From contig JBJKQR010000017.1 of assembly GCA_046735395.1 (NCBI GenBank), forward strand, positions 1-11,832: 11,832 nucleotides of DNA, read 5' to 3'. Of this stretch, positions 6,906 to 11,832 are shown in pieces. Numbering within the stretch: position 1 is the first letter of the stretch; each line of letters opens with the position of its first letter. The notes under the pieces were generated by a model. That model saw only the letters and a program-made list of their open reading frames with translations. It was not told the origin of the DNA and did not search any database. The stretch is from Fidelibacterota bacterium (GTDB taxonomy: Bacteria > Fidelibacterota > Fidelibacteria > Fidelibacterales > DSDE01). Both the position numbers and the translations under genes were made by a program.

Positions 6906-7269
6906 TATTTCTGCTTTTTTTCCGGATTATTTTTAAGGACATCAGGGTCTGAGGATTCCTGAGACCGTAAAATTTCATCCGACAGAGTGACTTTATCCCT
7001 GTAAGTGTAACTTGCTGATATATCGAAAGAAACACCAGTTCGTTTAAAGTCGGAAACCGACACTTGATTCATTTTAAAGCATGACTTGAGAGATGCTGCA
7101 AAACATATTGAAATACATTGAGTATATGTGATTGGATTTTTTATCTATCAGTATCCGAAAACGGGATATATACTTTCGTGCCTGTTTTACAATTTCGCTC
7201 TCAATTCGAGAGACACGAACCTGATTTCAGGTGATGTTCAATTGTGTAAATATTAATAGAGAAAATTCT

Positions 7270-9759
7270 TTACGATTCCGGATTCAGGAGTTCGGCAATT
7301 GTCGTCAGCAGTTCCCGGTACTCGAAGGGTTTGTACAGAATCACCGTATCCGAAAGTTCCTTTTCGAACTGTTTGATATTGTCAATATAACCGGTAGTGA
7401 GAATAATTTTTATGTGAGGAAAATAATTCCAAATCTCGCGGACGAGCTCGATACCGCCCATTCTCGGCATGGTCACGTCGGTGATCAGGAGATCGAAGGG
7501 AATTTTCCCCTTATCGAATATTTTCAGTGCTTCCAGCCCGTCGCCGGCATCGCTTACACGGTAATTGTAGCTTTCCAGATATTTCTTTTCAAGTTCCCGC
7601 AGTGTATCTTCGTCTTCAGCAAGCAGAATATGTTCGCCATGACCACCGGGGAGTTCAGGTTGTGAAGCGTCTGAATCGTTTGTGCATTCCGAATCAATGC
7701 AGAGCGGCCACAAAATGCTGAATTCAGCTCCCGCGCCCGGATTGCTGTTCACATTTATAAATCCGTGGTTCTGTTTTACGATTCCGTACACGGTTGACAG
7801 ACCCAGGCCTGTTCCTTTACCTTCTTCCTTAGTCGTATAAAACGGGTCGAAGATCTTCACCTGCAGGTCTCGGGGGATTCCCGGGCCATTGTCACGGATG
7901 ACCAGACGGGCATAGCTGCCTTTTGCGGCTGTAAACAGCAGGACAGGAAGATCAGACTCAATATGGCGGATATCCGTTGAAATAGTGATGGTACCGGTCC
8001 GCCCCGGAACCGATAACTGCCTGAGAGCGTCCCGGGCGTTGATGACCAGGTTCATGACGATCTGTTCCAGCTGGCCGGGATCGGCAAACAGGGTGATGTC
8101 TTCATCGCATAGCTGTATAGCCAGCTCAATATCCTCACCGATGACGCGGCGCAGCATTTTTGCAAAATCCTCGATGAGACGGTTCAATTCCACATGCTGA
8201 GGTTCTATTTTTTCTTTACGGGAGAAGGCCAGAATCTGTTTGACGAGGTGGGCTGCCCGGTGATGTCCCTGGCGGATCTGATCCAGAACAGTGAGAGCCT
8301 TGTCATTACCGGCGCTGTTTTTTACGGCCAAATCCGTAAATCCGTACAATGCAGTGAGAATATTATTGAAATCATGGGCAATGCCGCCGGCCAGTGTACC
8401 CATGGCTTCCATCTTCTGGGACTGATGCAGAATGAGTTCCAGTTGTTCTTTTTCCTTCTGCGCCTGTTTCTGTTCTGTGATATCTTCGGAGATTCCCAGA
8501 AGGAACAGGGGATTACCATGTTCATCCAATACGGGTATTTTTTTCGTATGCAGAGTACGGATTCCCCGGTTCCGGGTCTGTACTGTTTCTTCAGGAATGT
8601 CGATTAATTGTCTGGCTTTCAGAACCTCCTGGTCCATGGCGATGAAGGATGCCGCTTCCTCATCGGAAAAGAAATCATAGTCATTTTTGCCCATGAGCGT
8701 CTCACGGGAGTAACCCAGAAGCTCTTCGCCGGCTCTGTTGAAACGAAGGAATCTCAGATTTGCCGAATCCTTGACAAAAATCATGTTGGGAATATGCTCA
8801 ATGACTGAATTCAGAAAGGATTCGCCGGCTTTAATCTCCTCCTCGACATTTGACCTTTCCCGGAGCAATGCGGAGAGGAGAAGAATGGTGAGCGCGATGA
8901 AGGACAGGAAGGAAAAGAGGGAGAGCAGGGAATCATTGGCTGTTTCGAGAGCAAAAGGCCCTCTGCCCTTGACGGTATACCAGGTGGCAATGAAGGAAGA
9001 GAGAAGCAGAGATGCCGTCGCGCCGCGCTGGCCCAGGCGGAAGGTTGCCAGCAGCAGAATGGCGATGATCATATATTCGTAGCGGACCAGAGCATTGGCA
9101 TCGAGCTGCGAGGATGATCCGAATGTAAAATTCAGATACGCAAGCAGCAGTGCAGTCATGAAGATGAATTCCGTACTCTTGAAAAGGCTCCACTTTTCCC
9201 TGTCATGAGCAAACCAGGCCAGAAGGAAGGGTGTGATGATCAGAGCACCGTAGGCATCGCCGCTCCACCACGTGAGCCAGATATAGACAGCCTGACCCGC
9301 GGCAATGATCTTCGCAGCAAGCAACCCTGCGATGCCGATACCAGCACTGATCAGGGTGGAAACCATTGCTCCCAGAAAAATGAACTTGATGACATTGGCC
9401 ACCGTCAGAAACGGATGCCGGCCGCGGATGAATTTTCGGACCAGGAAAAAACCGGCCAGTGCCTCAAGCGTATTGCCGCCGCCGATGACGAGAGAGAGGG
9501 GCAGGGCTGTGGCGGGAGAAAGGCCATTGGATAAAAAGGTGAAAAGATTGGCGGCGAAAGCGCCGATGAGGATGCCGGGCCAGAGCCGGATGCCATAGGT
9601 AAAAACAGCGGCCAGAGCCAGGCCTGTCGGCGGCCACACCGGCGAGGCATTGGAACCTTCAAAGGCGAGGAACAGGCTCAGTCTGGCCAGAATGAAATAG
9701 ACAAGGGCTGTTCCTTTGATCTTCTGCCATAGCGACAAACCGGCTCTTTCCATCATCAT
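7270..9759 (-). CDS. Hybrid sensor histidine kinase: MASE1 + PAS/PAC + HisKA + HATPase_c + receiver (CckA-like core, 829 aa)
   Basis: MASE1 motifs SPVWPPTG, LWPGILIGAF, WWSGDAYGALIITP and GRGPF. PAS: IPNMIFVKD...FNRAGEELLG...GKNDYDFF. H-box LAGGIAHDFNNILT, N-box NLVINARDA, G1 DNGPGI, G2 GKGTGLGL. Receiver: LLAEDE...LLITDVTMP...KPF. AGGA lies 6 nt upstream of the first of three tandem ATGs. Confidence 0.95.
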   Translation of the reverse strand: MMMERAGLSLWQKIKGTALVYFILARLSLFLAFEGSNASPVWPPTGLALAAVFTYGIRLWPGILIGAFAANLFTFLSNGLSPATALPLSLVIGGGNTLEALAGFFLVRKFIRGRHPFLTVANVIKFIFLGAMVSTLISAGIGIAGLLAAKIIAAGQAVYIWLTWWSGDAYGALIITPFLLAWFAHDREKWSLFKSTEFIFMTALLLAYLNFTFGSSSQLDANALVRYEYMIIAILLLATFRLGQRGATASLLLSSFIATWYTVKGRGPFALETANDSLLSLFSFLSFIALTILLLSALLRERSNVEEEIKAGESFLNSVIEHIPNMIFVKDSANLRFLRFNRAGEELLGYSRETLMGKNDYDFFSDEEAASFIAMDQEVLKARQLIDIPEETVQTRNRGIRTLHTKKIPVLDEHGNPLFLLGISEDITEQKQAQKEKEQLELILHQSQKMEAMGTLAGGIAHDFNNILTALYGFTDLAVKNSAGNDKALTVLDQIRQGHHRAAHLVKQILAFSRKEKIEPQHVELNRLIEDFAKMLRRVIGEDIELAIQLCDEDITLFADPGQLEQIVMNLVINARDALRQLSVPGRTGTITISTDIRHIESDLPVLLFTAAKGSYARLVIRDNGPGIPRDLQVKIFDPFYTTKEEGKGTGLGLSTVYGIVKQNHGFINVNSNPGAGAEFSILWPLCIDSECTNDSDASQPELPGGHGEHILLAEDEDTLRELEKKYLESYNYRVSDAGDGLEALKIFDKGKIPFDLLITDVTMPRMGGIELVREIWNYFPHIKIILTTGYIDNIKQFEKELSDTVILYKPFEYRELLTTIAELLNPES

Positions 9760-9959
9760 GGAATGTCCTGTTCTCTAACGGTTACAGTTGGCCCGTTAGA
9801 TGCCTGCGTGACTTTCAGCTCCGTTCAGTGTGTCCTGAAGTCTGATTACATTCTTATTTGGAGCACTCAAAGCAATATAATTAAGATCTGCTCCTTCTTC
9901 AATACTCTTTATCCCTGCCTTCGTTGCTCGGCTGAGCGCGTTAAGTCCCTAAAATTTCA

Positions 9960-10015
9960 ATTGATTTCCATCTATTAATCAATATATTCTATTGTATGAC
10001 AGCGCAAATCATACA
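9960..10015 (+). promoter_or_regulatory. Putative promoter and two operator-like inverted repeats between the divergent kinases
   Basis: TTGATT (9961-9966), 18 nt, TATTCT (9985-9990). Inverted repeats ATTGATT-N10-AATCAAT (9960-9983) and TGTATGA-N9-TCATACA (9993-10015). Confidence 0.35.
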
Positions 10016-10091
10016 TGCCTGCTCTCTCAGGATTCATCCTTCCCTTAAAGTTTTTTAAGCTTTTTTAAACAGCAAAACCCGGGGAATAATT

Positions 10092-11832
10092 TTGAAATTG
10101 ATTAAAAATTTCCAGATAAAGGAACACATTGATTCGAAATTGATCGATGTGATTCTGGTTGCCATCAGCATTGCCACCTCTCTTTTGCTTCTGGCGGTTG
10201 CCGTTCGGGCCTTGTCACTGGGCTGGACCCTCCGGGAACTGATCTTCATCATTCTTGAAACCATCATCATCGGTGTAACGGTGTTACGCAACAGGTTCTC
10301 ACCGAAATTTAAAATCACCCTGATTATCCTGATTCTGTTTGCGGCCGGAACTATCGGCCTGCTGCGTTACGGCCCTCTCAGTCCGGGTGTATTCTTTTAT
10401 GCCATCATTCTTATTTTGTCACTTATATTCTATCCGGATACCATCTCCCTTTTTTCTTCAAGCCTTCTGTCTCTGCTGTTTATCGGGATCATCCTGCTAT
10501 TCAGCCTGGGCATTGTAGATCCGCCTCATGATATTCTGACTCTGATGACCAGTATGTCTCACATTGCCACCTATATTATTTCCTTTCTCTTTTTCATTGT
10601 CCTGAGTACCTATGCCCTCTTTCTCTACCAGAAATCCATCCGGGACCTGCTGGACAAGGAAAAACTTGCCAATGAACAGCTGAATATTCTGGTCGAAAAG
10701 GCCCGTGAAGCCAATCGGGCAAAATCGGATTTTCTCGCCAATATGAGCCATGAGATCTGGACTCCCATGAATGCCATCATCGGCCTGACTGAATTGCTGA
10801 CCAAGACAAAGCTGAATGACAAACAGCAGAATTACGCCGGAAAAGTTCTCATGTCCGCTAAGGGCCTGCTGGGCATCCTGAACGATATTCTGGATTTTTC
10901 CAAGATTGAAGCGGGAAAACTGACGATGGAGAAGCATACCTTCAATCTCGGTGAACTTTTTACAAATCTGTCCGGGATAATGGTATTTAATTCGGAAAAG
11001 AAGAATATCGACCTGGTCTTCGAATTTGATGAATCCATTCCGCACTTTGTGGTGGGTGATCCGCTGCGGCTGAACCAGGTTCTCACGAATCTCTGCAGCA
11101 ATGCCCTGAAATTTACTGACGAAGGGGGACGGGTCGTTATTCGGGCCGAAAAGGAATCAGAAGAGCCGGATCAGGTAAAGATTCATTTTTCGGTAGCGGA
11201 CAACGGAATCGGTATCAGTGATGAGCAGAAGAGCCGGCTGTTCACGGCTTTCACCCAGGCGGATGTATCCACCACACGGAAATACGGGGGAACGGGCCTG
11301 GGCCTTGCCATCAGTCAGCGCCTCGTCGACATGATGGGGGGCGAGATCCGGATTGATAGCGAAGTAGGGGTCGGATCCACCTTCCATTTCACAGCTGTTT
11401 TTGATATTGATCACGAAAGCGAAGCCATCGGGGAGGTGGCCGCGAGTCTGGACATGGATGAGATCAGTTCCCGCCTGAAAGGCGCCCGCATCCTTCTGGT
11501 CGAGGATAATGAGATCAACCAGGAAGTGGGCATGGACCTGCTTGCAGAATTTGAGATACAGTTCACGGTGGCCAATAACGGAGCGGAAGCGCTGGAATAT
11601 CTGGAAAATAACGACTTTGATGCCGTGCTGATGGATGTGCAGATGCCGGTCATGGATGGCTACGAGGCGACGCGCCGGATACGCAGTGATGACAAATTCA
11701 AGGACCTTCCGGTCATTGCCCTCACTGCCAGTGTGCTCCGCGAGGAGGAAAGCCGGATTCTTGCCGCCGGCGCCGATGACCGGATCCTCAAACCCATCGA
11801 TTTTACCGAAATGGTAAAAATTATCGCAAGAT
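10092..11832 (+). CDS. 3'-truncated hybrid sensor histidine kinase (BarA/RcsC-like): ~6-TM input + HisKA + HATPase_c + receiver; not in the supplied ORF track
   Basis: Manual translation of frame +3: open from after TAA 10056-10058 to the window end, with a likely TTG start at 10092 after GGGGA (10081-10085). Motifs: ANRAKSDFLANMSHEIWTPMNAIIG, NDILDFSKIEAGKL, GDPLRLNQVLTNLCSNALKFT, DNGIGI, FTQADVSTTRKYGGTGLGLAI. Receiver: ILLVEDNEINQ...VLMDVQMPVMDG...IALTA...KPID. The exact start codon is uncertain. Confidence 0.93.
   Translation, partial: MKLIKNFQIKEHIDSKLIDVILVAISIATSLLLLAVAVRALSLGWTLRELIFIILETIIIGVTVLRNRFSPKFKITLIILILFAAGTIGLLRYGPLSPGVFFYAIILILSLIFYPDTISLFSSSLLSLLFIGIILLFSLGIVDPPHDILTLMTSMSHIATYIISFLFFIVLSTYALFLYQKSIRDLLDKEKLANEQLNILVEKAREANRAKSDFLANMSHEIWTPMNAIIGLTELLTKTKLNDKQQNYAGKVLMSAKGLLGILNDILDFSKIEAGKLTMEKHTFNLGELFTNLSGIMVFNSEKKNIDLVFEFDESIPHFVVGDPLRLNQVLTNLCSNALKFTDEGGRVVIRAEKESEEPDQVKIHFSVADNGIGISDEQKSRLFTAFTQADVSTTRKYGGTGLGLAISQRLVDMMGGEIRIDSEVGVGSTFHFTAVFDIDHESEAIGEVAASLDMDEISSRLKGARILLVEDNEINQEVGMDLLAEFEIQFTVANNGAEALEYLENNDFDAVLMDVQMPVMDGYEATRRIRSDDKFKDLPVIALTASVLREEESRILAAGADDRILKPIDFTEMVKIIAR

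Noticed and set aside
6836..7072. 78-aa minus-strand ORF in the convergent gap
   Set aside because: No RBS, overlaps the 3' end of the YgjV-like gene by 70 nt, and has no recognisable motif.
7020..7170. GAAA-containing mini-hairpins as a c-di-GMP riboswitch
   Set aside because: The conserved GGCAAAC...GACGCAAAG-type core is absent, and the region is not 5' of any gene.
7231..9662. Multiple 60-144 aa ORFs overlapping the MASE1 kinase
   Set aside because: These are antisense or alternate-frame shadows of a well-supported gene, typical of kinase/receiver coding sequence.
285..11783. Possible CGG->Trp codon reassignment or C-to-U editing. CGG occurs where Trp or another aromatic is common (GYR 285-287, GEIRI 11349-11351, DDRILKP 11781-11783), and TGG occurs where Arg is common (10758-10760; EIWN 7431-7429).
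   Set aside because: CGG also encodes essentially invariant arginines (DPLRL 11067-11069, STTRK 11277-11279, NARDA 8034-8032), and TGG encodes conserved Trp (IIWDG, SPVWPP). The standard code with independent substitutions explains the data. A Codetta run on the genome would settle it.
10055..11817. Minus-strand ORFs (e.g. 10497..11045) and the short + ORF 11635..11817
   Set aside because: They are shadows of the real frame +3 hybrid kinase, which the track missed because it has no stop codon in the window.

Overview
Bacterial chromosomal window made of signalling and secreted/surface-protein genes. The YPNPFNP...RKMLFLK C-terminal sorting domain suggests an FCB-group organism such as Marinimicrobia, KSB1 or Calditrichota (inference). 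Seven coding regions are supported. (1) The 3' end of a membrane-anchored protein ending in an orphan CxxC...HxxCxxC domain. (2) A 1047-aa secreted protein with two tandem [N-cap + plant-type LRR + Ig-like] modules, two FN3-like domains and a T9SS/FlgD-Ig-type CTD. (3) A DUF4382 lipoprotein. (4) A secreted hypothetical protein. (5) A YgjV-like membrane protein with a GNAT-like C-terminus. (6) A MASE1-PAS hybrid histidine kinase. (7) A divergent BarA-like hybrid kinase that is absent from the ORF track because it runs off the window. I found no RNA genes, mobile elements or CRISPR arrays, and no single clear-cut novel system. The best leads are the GC-mosaic, internally duplicated LRR protein, the sensor-like protein with an uncharacterised putative metal-binding output domain, the kinase with an HEIRTP->HEIWTP H-box change and an unassigned ~6-TM input domain, and several operator-like palindromes and leader hairpins.
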